From positions 1,697 through 65,696 of the forward strand of contig JAGWJP010000003.1 in NCBI GenBank assembly GCA_028865725.1: a DNA stretch of 64,000 nucleotides, given 5' to 3'. The stretch is from Patescibacteria group bacterium (lineage in GTDB: Bacteria; Patescibacteriota; Minisyncoccia; UBA6257; JACRHW01). Positions 49,285 through 58,255 of the stretch are shown in pieces. The translations under genes were made by a program, and so were the position numbers. Within the stretch, counting starts at the first letter, position 1. The number at the start of each line of letters is the position of its first letter. The notes under the pieces are model-generated. The model saw only the letters and a program-made list of their open reading frames with translations, searched no databases and was not told the DNA's origin.

Positions 49285-51666
49285 ATGTTCTCATTATCTC
49301 CACAATCCACATTCCGTCGTCTTTCCAAGCTCATTGGGGTACTGCTTGTTGTTGGCATTCTTCTTGTAAGTTCGCCCGCAAATTCATTTGCTCAAGGCGT
49401 TCTTGATAATAATCTTCCCACCCCATCAAGCAGTACCTCCTCTCTGGGTCCGGGGCATATCATAACGACAGACGTAGGGGCAACTACCATTGGATCTTCC
49501 GCCGTCCCCGCAGGGGGAAGTGTCGGTTTGCCTGCAGGCCCCGCGGGAGGAAGTGTTGATAGTACCGCAAATACGCCCTCATCAGCCGTGCCCTGCCCCG
49601 CGAACGGTCCGAGTGTAGTAGGAAAGGGTGCTTTTAGCCTTACAAATATCGGGCTTGACTTGCAAATGGTATTCGGGATGATACTCGTTGTCGGGACAAA
49701 TATATGGCTCTGGGTGCTTTATATGACGGCAACCTACATGAACCTGTTTGCCCAATACAACCCTGTCCACGAGCTTCACGCACTCGTAGAGATCTGGATG
49801 GTGCTGCGCGATTTTGTAAACATCGGGTTTGTAGTAGCCATGATCGTAATCGCGGTCGAAACGATGCTCGGGTTCACCACCTACACTTCACGTAACGCTC
49901 TCTTTACGCTTATTGTGGGCGCACTTCTCATTAACTTTAGCTTGGTGTTTATCAGCTTTTTTCTCGATCTTAATTCAGTGGGCACCTCATTTATGCTCGC
50001 GCAAATTAGCGGCAAAGGTCAATCATTTTCTCAAATCATCTACAATGGCGCGGGCGTTCAGCTCCAAACCACCCCGTCGCCGGGAAGCGGATGTCCCCCC
50101 GTAACTCAAGCCGAGGTAGACCTACAGAATTTAGGCGCATTAATGCACCTTGGAATGAGTGAGTTTACTATCATGATTATTACGCTTGTACTCCTCACTA
50201 TTTTTTGCGCATTTATCTTCCGTCTCGGCCACATCGCCGCGCTTGCGGTGACCTCGCCCTTTATTTGGATTGCGAATATATTTAACAATACAAAAAAAGA
50301 GTGGACGAAGTGGTGGTCTGAGTTCATCAAATGGTGTTTTATGCCCACCATCTCGCTCTTTTATATCTACCTCGCACTCACCGTCTATGCGGGCATAGGC
50401 GCATCGAAAACCGGAGGAATAGGCTTTCTTGACCAAGGAGCCAGCGGCACTGTGAACGCCTTTATGGGCATGGCGCTTACGAGCATCGTCCTCGGAATGC
50501 TTCTCATGACAGCAATTAAAGTAGCGTGGGTAAACTCCGGTGCGTTCGCGGAGCTCATGATGGCCGTCGCTGCCGTCGCCACGAACGGCATGACTGGCGC
50601 GCTTGGAACTGCAGTAAAAGGACTTGCCGGTGGGGCCCTCAAAGGAGCAGGAAAAGCCGCACTGAAGAGTGCGACAGAAGGAAAAGTTATTTCAAAAGTG
50701 CCTCTCATCCGCAGAGGAGTCGCTGGGATTGGTGAATCTGCCCTAGGGACAGGGGAAAAGTTCACAAAAGAGGTTCGGGAAAAGGCAGAAAAACGCGTCA
50801 AAGAAAAATCAAAGGAAAGGCTGGCATTTGATGCTGCCGAAGCACTTCGCACGGGCGCGCAGCAAAATATCATGGGAGCGGTTCAAAAAGCAGAAGCAGG
50901 GTTAGGAATAGGCAAGCTGCTGGCGGAAGATCCTCAGTTCAAGCTTAAAAATAAAGACGAGCTCAAACGCGCACATGATCTCATGAAAGCGGCGGGGAAC
51001 GAGGATGTATTCTTCAAAAATATTGGGAAAATGGATAGGGGTATTGCGAATGACTATGCAAAATCTCTCACAAAAGATGAAGATAGCCAAATGAAACTCG
51101 CGGAAAACCTTGCTACAAGCAAAAAACTCGACTCTGCCACTGCCGACGCAATGAGTATGAATGATCCTGCTACCAATAAACGCCTACAAACTCAATATCC
51201 AGAGGCGTATAAAAAAATTGTGGGTACAAATGTCATGTACGCGGAAAACGTGGTAAGCGCGGCAACCCCTAAAGATAAAGTAGCTGCTGCTTCAGCCAAT
51301 CTTTCGCGAATGAACAAGCAGGAGGCGGGCCAAGTAGATATGGATGACCTTTCGCACAATTCTGAAGGATTGGAAGCACTTACTAAATCACAAAGTCCAC
51401 AAGTCATCACAGAATATATACAACAAGGAAAAGAAAACAGCCAAATAGAAAGGCTCCATGCGCTGCGAGGAAACCTTCTGGGACAAATGGTGGCATCCGG
51501 TTTTCATGGCGACATAAAAACATTCGTAAAAACACATCCCGAGCTCCTGAAGCTGCACAAAACATTGAAAAATGAGAATACCAAGAAACTTATTACCTAT
51601 GCGGCTGGAAAAGCCTCAGCGGCGGGAAAACCTTCGAATAGGGATCTGCGAGAACTTTTACTATAA
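49285..51666 (+). CDS. VirB6/TrbL-like polytopic membrane protein with extended C-terminal domain
   Basis: W...RDFVN, ALLINFSL, R.......SPF, W.KWW..F.KW.F.P; long Lys/Ala-rich tail. Confidence 0.72.
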   Translation: MFSLSPQSTFRRLSKLIGVLLVVGILLVSSPANSFAQGVLDNNLPTPSSSTSSLGPGHIITTDVGATTIGSSAVPAGGSVGLPAGPAGGSVDSTANTPSSAVPCPANGPSVVGKGAFSLTNIGLDLQMVFGMILVVGTNIWLWVLYMTATYMNLFAQYNPVHELHALVEIWMVLRDFVNIGFVVAMIVIAVETMLGFTTYTSRNALFTLIVGALLINFSLVFISFFLDLNSVGTSFMLAQISGKGQSFSQIIYNGAGVQLQTTPSPGSGCPPVTQAEVDLQNLGALMHLGMSEFTIMIITLVLLTIFCAFIFRLGHIAALAVTSPFIWIANIFNNTKKEWTKWWSEFIKWCFMPTISLFYIYLALTVYAGIGASKTGGIGFLDQGASGTVNAFMGMALTSIVLGMLLMTAIKVAWVNSGAFAELMMAVAAVATNGMTGALGTAVKGLAGGALKGAGKAALKSATEGKVISKVPLIRRGVAGIGESALGTGEKFTKEVREKAEKRVKEKSKERLAFDAAEALRTGAQQNIMGAVQKAEAGLGIGKLLAEDPQFKLKNKDELKRAHDLMKAAGNEDVFFKNIGKMDRGIANDYAKSLTKDEDSQMKLAENLATSKKLDSATADAMSMNDPATNKRLQTQYPEAYKKIVGTNVMYAENVVSAATPKDKVAAASANLSRMNKQEAGQVDMDDLSHNSEGLEALTKSQSPQVITEYIQQGKENSQIERLHALRGNLLGQMVASGFHGDIKTFVKTHPELLKLHKTLKNENTKKLITYAAGKASAAGKPSNRDLRELLL

Positions 51667-51668
51667 AA

Positions 51669-53510
51669 ATGAACACAAGCATAACTTCACAACAGTACTT
51701 TGAACGGCTCGATATGCTCCCCGAAGACTTGAGAGACGCGTATTTTAGTCCGGACACTGAATCCATTATTGAAAAGGCAACGGAGGTAAACAACCTCACG
51801 CCCGAACAACTCAGTCTTGTCAAAGAAAATTCAGGATGGGTACTTCTTGGCTTTCTTCACCCCGATCATCTCGCAGAGATTTTAATACAGGACGCGGGAG
51901 TAAACCAAGCAACCGCTGTGATGATCGGACGGGAACTCAACCGCGATCTGTTTTTGCCGCACAAGAAATCTTTAACAGAAGTTCTCGTTACCTACCCACC
52001 CAAAAAAGAGTGGTTTGCAAATCTAGAAGGTAGAAAACAGAATATAGAAAATAACGAGGCCACACTCCCGAAAAATGATTCCATCATCCAGCGGCAAGCA
52101 CCCGCGCTGACACCGCCTACTCCAACGGCACCGCGTCCTATCGCGCCTCTCTCGCATCGGCTTACCCAGCCCACCCCTGTATTGCGTTCCGCGCAGCCTA
52201 TCACGCCGCCTCCCGCATCGACGCTTCCACCCCCTCCATCAACCTCGGCTCCTACCGCTTTGCACACGATCACCCCGCCACCTCTTGCCTCCGTAAGCCC
52301 CTCGGGGCTTCGCCCCGCGCTTCTTGAGGTCCAACCCCATGAAACAGATCAGACAACGACGGGTGTGCATAATCCCGTACCGCACGAAGAGGCAGAAGTA
52401 CGCACCGGCATGCCGTCTTCTGTGGCACCACAAAAACCACTCGCACAACCTTCCCTTGCTACACCAAGAAGAGTAGAACCCCAGCCAGATGCACGCCCAC
52501 ATACCACAGAACCACAAACCCCATGGACTCCGGCCCCGCTCCACTTCGATGCGCCTTCTGCCACCACTCCGCGGAGCGGATCTCCTGTACCCCCAAAAAC
52601 CTCTCCCTCTGTTCCCTTAACGCCACAGGCACCTCATACCATCTTTAAATACGGACCCCCCTCTCCACCACCCATTGTCGCAATTCCAAAAAACCAGCCG
52701 AATCCTTCCGTGCCACCCCTGCCCACACCTCGGCCTACCCCCGCAAGCCAACCTTCATCACCCCGTCCTTCTGCGCCGGCTCCTTTGGCACAATCCCGTC
52801 CCTTCACGCCCCCCTCAAAACCGGCAACGCCTCCCGCTCGCCCGAAACCCACAATGAATGGCGCTCCAGCATCACCCGTATCAAAAAATATTCCTGCCCG
52901 CGACACCGAGCCCTTGAATAACCCATCCGCCAATCCACGCATCGTCCAGCCTGCCCCAAAAGCACCGGAGCAAACTCAAAAACCGACCATGCCGAGCACG
53001 CCGTCGCCCTTGTCCCAGAACACCATGCCCCCACTTGCAACAAACACCCCGCCAGCGAACCCTTCCCCCAAGAATCATGCGATACCCGAAAAACAAGGAA
53101 ACAAACCCGAGGCTCAACTCATGGACTTATATCTCAAAAAACACGTCGGCGACGCGCAGACAGACTACCGAAAACCGACCGCGGAAAACAAGCAAACAGG
53201 AAGCGGGCAGATAGCAAATCGACGAGCGACCACCGGCTCGCAAACGGACGACAAACTACTGACCACAGAGAGCAAATCCCCGAAAAATGACAATGTCGCC
53301 CAGCGGCAGGCACCGAACGGGGATGGCGTTAAATCGGAGCAAGTGCAAAAAAATAATTCAATAAATGCAGCACGAGTCCCTTCGGCAAACTCAAAGCAGG
53401 CTTCCTCAACCACGCTCACCGATCCTCAGGTAATAGACCTTGAGGAATATAGTAAAACTCACAGAGGAAATGTGTTAAACTTAAAACAGGACGAAGAAAA
53501 TAGTAAATAG
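51669..53510 (+). CDS. Protein with ~110-aa folded N-terminal domain and very long Pro-rich disordered region
   Basis: LPEDLRDAYFS...GWVLLGFLHP; Pro-rich aa ~145-470; C-terminal VIDL. Confidence 0.72.
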   Translation: MNTSITSQQYFERLDMLPEDLRDAYFSPDTESIIEKATEVNNLTPEQLSLVKENSGWVLLGFLHPDHLAEILIQDAGVNQATAVMIGRELNRDLFLPHKKSLTEVLVTYPPKKEWFANLEGRKQNIENNEATLPKNDSIIQRQAPALTPPTPTAPRPIAPLSHRLTQPTPVLRSAQPITPPPASTLPPPPSTSAPTALHTITPPPLASVSPSGLRPALLEVQPHETDQTTTGVHNPVPHEEAEVRTGMPSSVAPQKPLAQPSLATPRRVEPQPDARPHTTEPQTPWTPAPLHFDAPSATTPRSGSPVPPKTSPSVPLTPQAPHTIFKYGPPSPPPIVAIPKNQPNPSVPPLPTPRPTPASQPSSPRPSAPAPLAQSRPFTPPSKPATPPARPKPTMNGAPASPVSKNIPARDTEPLNNPSANPRIVQPAPKAPEQTQKPTMPSTPSPLSQNTMPPLATNTPPANPSPKNHAIPEKQGNKPEAQLMDLYLKKHVGDAQTDYRKPTAENKQTGSGQIANRRATTGSQTDDKLLTTESKSPKNDNVAQRQAPNGDGVKSEQVQKNNSINAARVPSANSKQASSTTLTDPQVIDLEEYSKTHRGNVLNLKQDEENSK

Positions 53511-53581
53511 AAAACAAAAAATAGGTGGTGGTAACTACAAACTCATATTATTCTAAATTCTATTTTCTACTTTCTAACACT

Positions 53582-53989
53582 ATGCAGGCAATGGTTCCAC
53601 AATTTATTGATGTAGAAGATCGCATCACCCCGCTTCTCACGATTAAGCAGTTTTTTTATTTAATAGCGGCGGGCGCGTGTTCGGCGATCCTCTACCCATT
53701 TTTGCAAACGATGCCATGGCTCGTACTTACTGCCCTTATATTAGGACTTGGAGCCGCATTCGGCTTTTTAAAAATTAACGGGCGCCCCTTTTCCGTAATG
53801 CTCTATATCGCTGCTAAATTTTTCTGGAACCCGCATCTTTATATGTTCCAGAAAAACATCACACGCGTGGAAATTTCCACGCCACAAGAACCTGTTCATG
53901 CGGAGAAAAAACGGGAACCTGAACGTGTTTCTTCGGAACGTCTCGAACAAATTTCACGCCTCCTCGATTCTAAAGGGGATTATAAGTAA
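53582..53989 (+). CDS. prgI: PrgI family (VirB3-like) protein
   Basis: VPQFIDVEDRI..LT.KQF, two TMs, KINGRPF. Confidence 0.85.
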   Translation: MQAMVPQFIDVEDRITPLLTIKQFFYLIAAGACSAILYPFLQTMPWLVLTALILGLGAAFGFLKINGRPFSVMLYIAAKFFWNPHLYMFQKNITRVEISTPQEPVHAEKKREPERVSSERLEQISRLLDSKGDYK

Positions 53990-54090
53990 GAAAATAGAAT
54001 GTAGAAATTACAAAAGAGAACGCACAAAAACACTAACAGTTCTCCAAACAATTATAAACTCTGTTTTCTAATTTCTACTTTCTAAAAAAT

Positions 54091-54735
54091 ATGGCTCAAG
54101 AATCTCAACCTACTCAACGCATCATCGATATTGAAACGATCCGAGATGGAACCGTTATCCTTAAAAACGGCGGGCTCCGCGCCGTAGTTATGGTACGCGG
54201 CATTAATGTTTATCTGAAGACGGAAAACGAACAAAATTCAATCATTAGCGCATTCCAGGAATTTTTGAACGGATTGGATTTTCCTATTGAAATCATCATT
54301 CATTCCCGCCGTCTCAATATCTTGGGGTATCTAGAAAAAATAAACGCGCGCAAAGAACAAGAAACTAATGACCTTCTCCGCACTCAAATAGATGAGTATC
54401 TTGCCTACATACGGGACCTCACCTCATCATCCACGATCATGTCAAAACGTTTTTACGTAGTTGTTTCGTACGATATGATTGCGCTTCCCGCACGCAAAGG
54501 AGGATTATTCCCACGTGCATCTCAAAACACATCGGCACTTCCTACTGATTTTGAAACTCAAAAATATCAGCTTGATCAACGTACTGATGTTATTATAGGG
54601 GGGCTTCAGCGCACGGGAGTCAATGCAGCACGCCTCGGTACCGAAGAGCTCGTCGAACTGTTTTATAATCTCTATAATCCTCAAGAAATAGAAAAGGGCG
54701 GCACCGACATTGCAAAACGACTGTCGTTAATATGA
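54091..54735 (+). CDS. T4SS VirB4-associated (TraC-like N-terminal) protein
   Basis: TQ....I..IRDG.VILK.G.LRAV, F..FLN.LDFP, ELFYNLYNP; lies between prgI and virB4. Confidence 0.75.
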   Translation: MAQESQPTQRIIDIETIRDGTVILKNGGLRAVVMVRGINVYLKTENEQNSIISAFQEFLNGLDFPIEIIIHSRRLNILGYLEKINARKEQETNDLLRTQIDEYLAYIRDLTSSSTIMSKRFYVVVSYDMIALPARKGGLFPRASQNTSALPTDFETQKYQLDQRTDVIIGGLQRTGVNAARLGTEELVELFYNLYNPQEIEKGGTDIAKRLSLI

Positions 54736-54844
54736 CAGTACCTAGAAAGAAGAAAACAGAAAATAAATAACATGAATACATCCCATTCACATTCTCTATT
54801 GTATAGTTCTATTTTCTACATTCTATTTTCTACATTCTAATACT

Positions 54845-56650
54845 ATGGCATTTAATTTTCCTTTCTTTTCAAAGAAAAAAACAGAAGACCAAGACACATT
54901 TGGCCCTCTTCCTTCGCAGTATAAATTTGCAACGGATACGCTCCAAGACCTCTTGGCACCTCCGGGAATAGAAGCAACCAATGATTACTTGAAAATTGGA
55001 TCACTGTATACCAAAACGTTATTCCTGTTTTCATATCCCAATGTTCTTTCAAGCGGATGGTTTTCTTCGGTCATTAATATCGAAAAAAGCTTTGATATCG
55101 CCATTTACCTCGACCCCATGGACACCGCTACCGCGCTAAAAAATTTGAGAAAAAAAGTGGCGCAAATTGAAAGCCAATTGATGGAACAGCAGGAAAAGGG
55201 CCTCGTACGCGACCCTCTTCTCGAAGCATCTTACAAAAATATCGAAGGATTGCGCGATAGTCTTCAACAAGCAGAAGAAAAATTATTTAACCTTGGTATT
55301 TATATCACGATCTACGCTACGGACACATCCGAACTCCAGAAGTACGAATCCGAAGTAGCAGGATTGCTTGAGGGACGGATGATTTATATTAAGCCAACTC
55401 TCTTTGAGCATCTTGAAGGATTCCAAACTACTCTCCCGCTCGTATCCGACAAAGTACAGGTTTATACCCCTTTCGATACTGTTCCCATTTCGACACTATT
55501 TCCATTTGACTCCGCAGAACTTACCTCTGATGACGGGATTTTATACGGGGTCAACATGCACAATAACAGTCTCATTATTTTTGACCGCTTTTCTCTTGAA
55601 AACGCGAACATGGTTATATTTGCAAAGTCGGGATCCGGAAAATCTTTCTTCACTAAGCTGGAAATCCTCCGCAGTCTTATGATGGGAACCGACATTCTTA
55701 TCATTGACCCCGAAAATGAATACCAAGCTCTTTCCGAGGCAATCGGAGGAGGATATTTCCGTATTTCACTCTCTTCAGAACACCGTATCAACCCCTTTGA
55801 TCTTCCTCCCATTCCTCCCGACGAATCTCCATCCGATGTTTTACGTTCTCACATCCTCATGCTTACAGGACTTATTAAAATCATGGTGGGGGAGATTACT
55901 CCTACGGAGGAGGCCCTCATCGATCAAGCGCTTCTCGAAACATATGCCTCTCGAGAAATCGTGCCCGATTCTAACTTTACAGGAAAAACACCGCCCCTGC
56001 TCTCCGATCTCCAGACGGTTCTTGAAAGCATAGAAGGGGGGGCGGATCTTGCAAAGCGTCTCGAAAAATATACAAAAGGAACCTATGCGGGCTTTTTAAA
56101 CAGTCCGTCCAATGTACAAATCAGAAACCGTCTCACGGTATTTAACATCCGTGACCTCGAAGAAGAACTCCGTCCTATCGCCATGTATATGATCCTAAAC
56201 TTTATGTGGAGCCTGATTCGCGCGGAATTTAGAAAGCGCCTTCTTATCGTTGACGAGGCATGGGTACTCATGAAATACGAGGATGGGGCAAACTTTTTGT
56301 TTGGTATGGCAAAACGAGGCAGGAAGTATTTCCTTGGCATCACGACCATTACGCAGGATATTGACGACTTTCTGCGTTCGCCCTATGGACGCCCCATTGT
56401 CACAAACTCCTCGTTACAATTATTGCTCAAACAATCTCCCGCAACGATTGATATTATAGGAACCACATTCAACCTTACGGAAGCAGAAAAGATGATCCTC
56501 CTCGAAGCAAATGTGGGGGAGGGGATCTTTTTTGCGGGATTACGCCACGCCGCCATTCATGTCATCGCCTCTTACACCGAAGGTAAGCTTGCTTCTACAA
56601 AACCACAGGAATTACTTGCAAGAATGGAAGGAAAAACAGAAACGCAGTAA
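54845..56650 (+). CDS. virB4: VirB4/TraC-like type IV secretion ATPase
   Basis: IFDRFSLENAN, AKSGSGKS Walker A, IIDPENEY, INPFD, IVDEAW Walker B, KRGRKY, ITQD. Confidence 0.9.
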   Translation: MAFNFPFFSKKKTEDQDTFGPLPSQYKFATDTLQDLLAPPGIEATNDYLKIGSLYTKTLFLFSYPNVLSSGWFSSVINIEKSFDIAIYLDPMDTATALKNLRKKVAQIESQLMEQQEKGLVRDPLLEASYKNIEGLRDSLQQAEEKLFNLGIYITIYATDTSELQKYESEVAGLLEGRMIYIKPTLFEHLEGFQTTLPLVSDKVQVYTPFDTVPISTLFPFDSAELTSDDGILYGVNMHNNSLIIFDRFSLENANMVIFAKSGSGKSFFTKLEILRSLMMGTDILIIDPENEYQALSEAIGGGYFRISLSSEHRINPFDLPPIPPDESPSDVLRSHILMLTGLIKIMVGEITPTEEALIDQALLETYASREIVPDSNFTGKTPPLLSDLQTVLESIEGGADLAKRLEKYTKGTYAGFLNSPSNVQIRNRLTVFNIRDLEEELRPIAMYMILNFMWSLIRAEFRKRLLIVDEAWVLMKYEDGANFLFGMAKRGRKYFLGITTITQDIDDFLRSPYGRPIVTNSSLQLLLKQSPATIDIIGTTFNLTEAEKMILLEANVGEGIFFAGLRHAAIHVIASYTEGKLASTKPQELLARMEGKTETQ

Positions 56651-56735
56651 GTAGAAATAGGAAAGGAGATGCGGAGTCTTAAATTTTGTTTACTACTTTC
56701 TATTTTCTCGTATGTCTCGTGGTATAATAACAGTA

Positions 56736-57413
56736 ATGCGTCAATTCCTACTTTTTGTATTTGCCGTGTTGTTTGCCGCCATACCCGTTTCATATGCGGC
56801 GAGTTCTCATTTTCTTACATGGAAAACAAATACCTATGTTCCTCAGGAGTTTTGGGGCAAACCGCTTCCTATAAAAGGATCGGCCGTCACGCTCAGCGTG
56901 CAATCCCTCGACCCTCAAGAATCGTTTTCAAACATACCGATAACATGGTATGTCGACAACATCATAATTGCACAAGGTAATGGCCTCTCCACCACCCCCT
57001 ATACGGTAACAGAAGGTCCCGGACTGTATGTCATCAAAGCATTTTTGCGCCTTCCTGACGGTACTCCTGAAACCCTCACCGCTCCCCTCAAAGTAGTCGC
57101 TCCGTTCGTGTCGCTTGTAGAACAACATGCGGCTACTGTGAATCATCAGATCTCTACCGCAAACACCGAGCTTCGCTTTCACGCCATTCCACTCTTTTAC
57201 AACACATCGTCCCTCCTTGGCCTTGCTTTCACGTGGGGAGTGGGGGATGTAACAAGCGAAGACCAAAATCCTCAAAATCCCGATTACGCATCCATTACTT
57301 TTCCAGAAGGAGCATCGTCCGGATCGCGCGGTACCGTCACAGTTAGCGTGACAAATATTGCGCATCCTGATGAACATGCTTCACAGTATACTACTGTAAT
57401 CACTCCCCAATAA
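56736..57413 (+). CDS. Secreted Ig-like protein
   Basis: Signal peptide MRQFLL..., W.....P..Y/W.GK.LP, beta-rich; TATAAT at 56723. Confidence 0.7.
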   Translation: MRQFLLFVFAVLFAAIPVSYAASSHFLTWKTNTYVPQEFWGKPLPIKGSAVTLSVQSLDPQESFSNIPITWYVDNIIIAQGNGLSTTPYTVTEGPGLYVIKAFLRLPDGTPETLTAPLKVVAPFVSLVEQHAATVNHQISTANTELRFHAIPLFYNTSSLLGLAFTWGVGDVTSEDQNPQNPDYASITFPEGASSGSRGTVTVSVTNIAHPDEHASQYTTVITPQ

Positions 57414-57427
57414 TACACCGGCTACCT

Positions 57428-58243
57428 ATGAAACGACTCTCTTTCGCCATTCTATTACTACTTGTCACCATGTTTCTTGGTGCGGGAATATTCTCGCTCG
57501 TATCCGCTGCTCCGCCGCCTGGTGATGTGACGCTCTCAGCGGGTCTCCCGGGGACTGGAAACACGCAAGAAATTAAACCCGGGGAAACCATACACGTCCA
57601 AACACTTGACCAACTTACAAATTATCTAAGCACGCTTATTCGTTTTCTGTTCGGACTTGCCGCGGTACTGGCTGTCGTCTCTATCGCATGGGCAGGTCTC
57701 CAATATATGGCAGCGGGGGCAAGTATTGGTAATATGCGCGCCGCAACCGATCGTATTCGCAACGTGATCTTTGGACTCGTTCTGCTCCTTACCGGGTTTT
57801 TAATCCTCCGCACCATCAATCCCAAAATTCTCAGCGGTCTTCCTGGAGAAGAAAAACTCCCTTTTCTCCCGATCATCAACGCGCCACAAGTTCAAACACA
57901 GGAAGTAACAATGAAAGTAATTAACCAAACAAAAGCAATCAAAAATACTAATGTCGACACTTATGTCCAACAGCGATTAACCGACAATGGCGGAAACCAA
58001 ACAAAAGCAATCAGCGCAACAACACAAATACTAAGTGAAATACGAGTGAGGATAGCTAAAGAGAACGAGGAGTTGAACAACTTAAAAAACCAAATCAATA
58101 CAACATCTGATCCAACCACCAAAGCTCAATTGGAATCATCTTATGGAGAATCCAGAGGAAATTTGCAACGAGATCAGGCAAGCTTGGCTCGAGAGCAAAA
58201 GACACTTCAAGTATTACAATCACAGTCAAACACGACACCTTAG
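57428..58243 (+). CDS. T4SS pilin (VirB2-like, CPR type) with C-terminal coiled-coil extension
   Basis: FLFGLAAVLAVVSIAWAGLQYM..G....A.DRI.N.IFGL.LLL...LILRTINP. Confidence 0.8.
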   Translation: MKRLSFAILLLLVTMFLGAGIFSLVSAAPPPGDVTLSAGLPGTGNTQEIKPGETIHVQTLDQLTNYLSTLIRFLFGLAAVLAVVSIAWAGLQYMAAGASIGNMRAATDRIRNVIFGLVLLLTGFLILRTINPKILSGLPGEEKLPFLPIINAPQVQTQEVTMKVINQTKAIKNTNVDTYVQQRLTDNGGNQTKAISATTQILSEIRVRIAKENEELNNLKNQINTTSDPTTKAQLESSYGESRGNLQRDQASLAREQKTLQVLQSQSNTTP

Positions 58244-58255
58244 CAAAACAAGTAC

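Noticed and set aside
52080-53080. C-rich low-complexity stretch as a repeat array or CRISPR
   Set aside because: It encodes Pro-rich protein, has no fixed repeat-spacer periodicity, and no cas genes are in the window.
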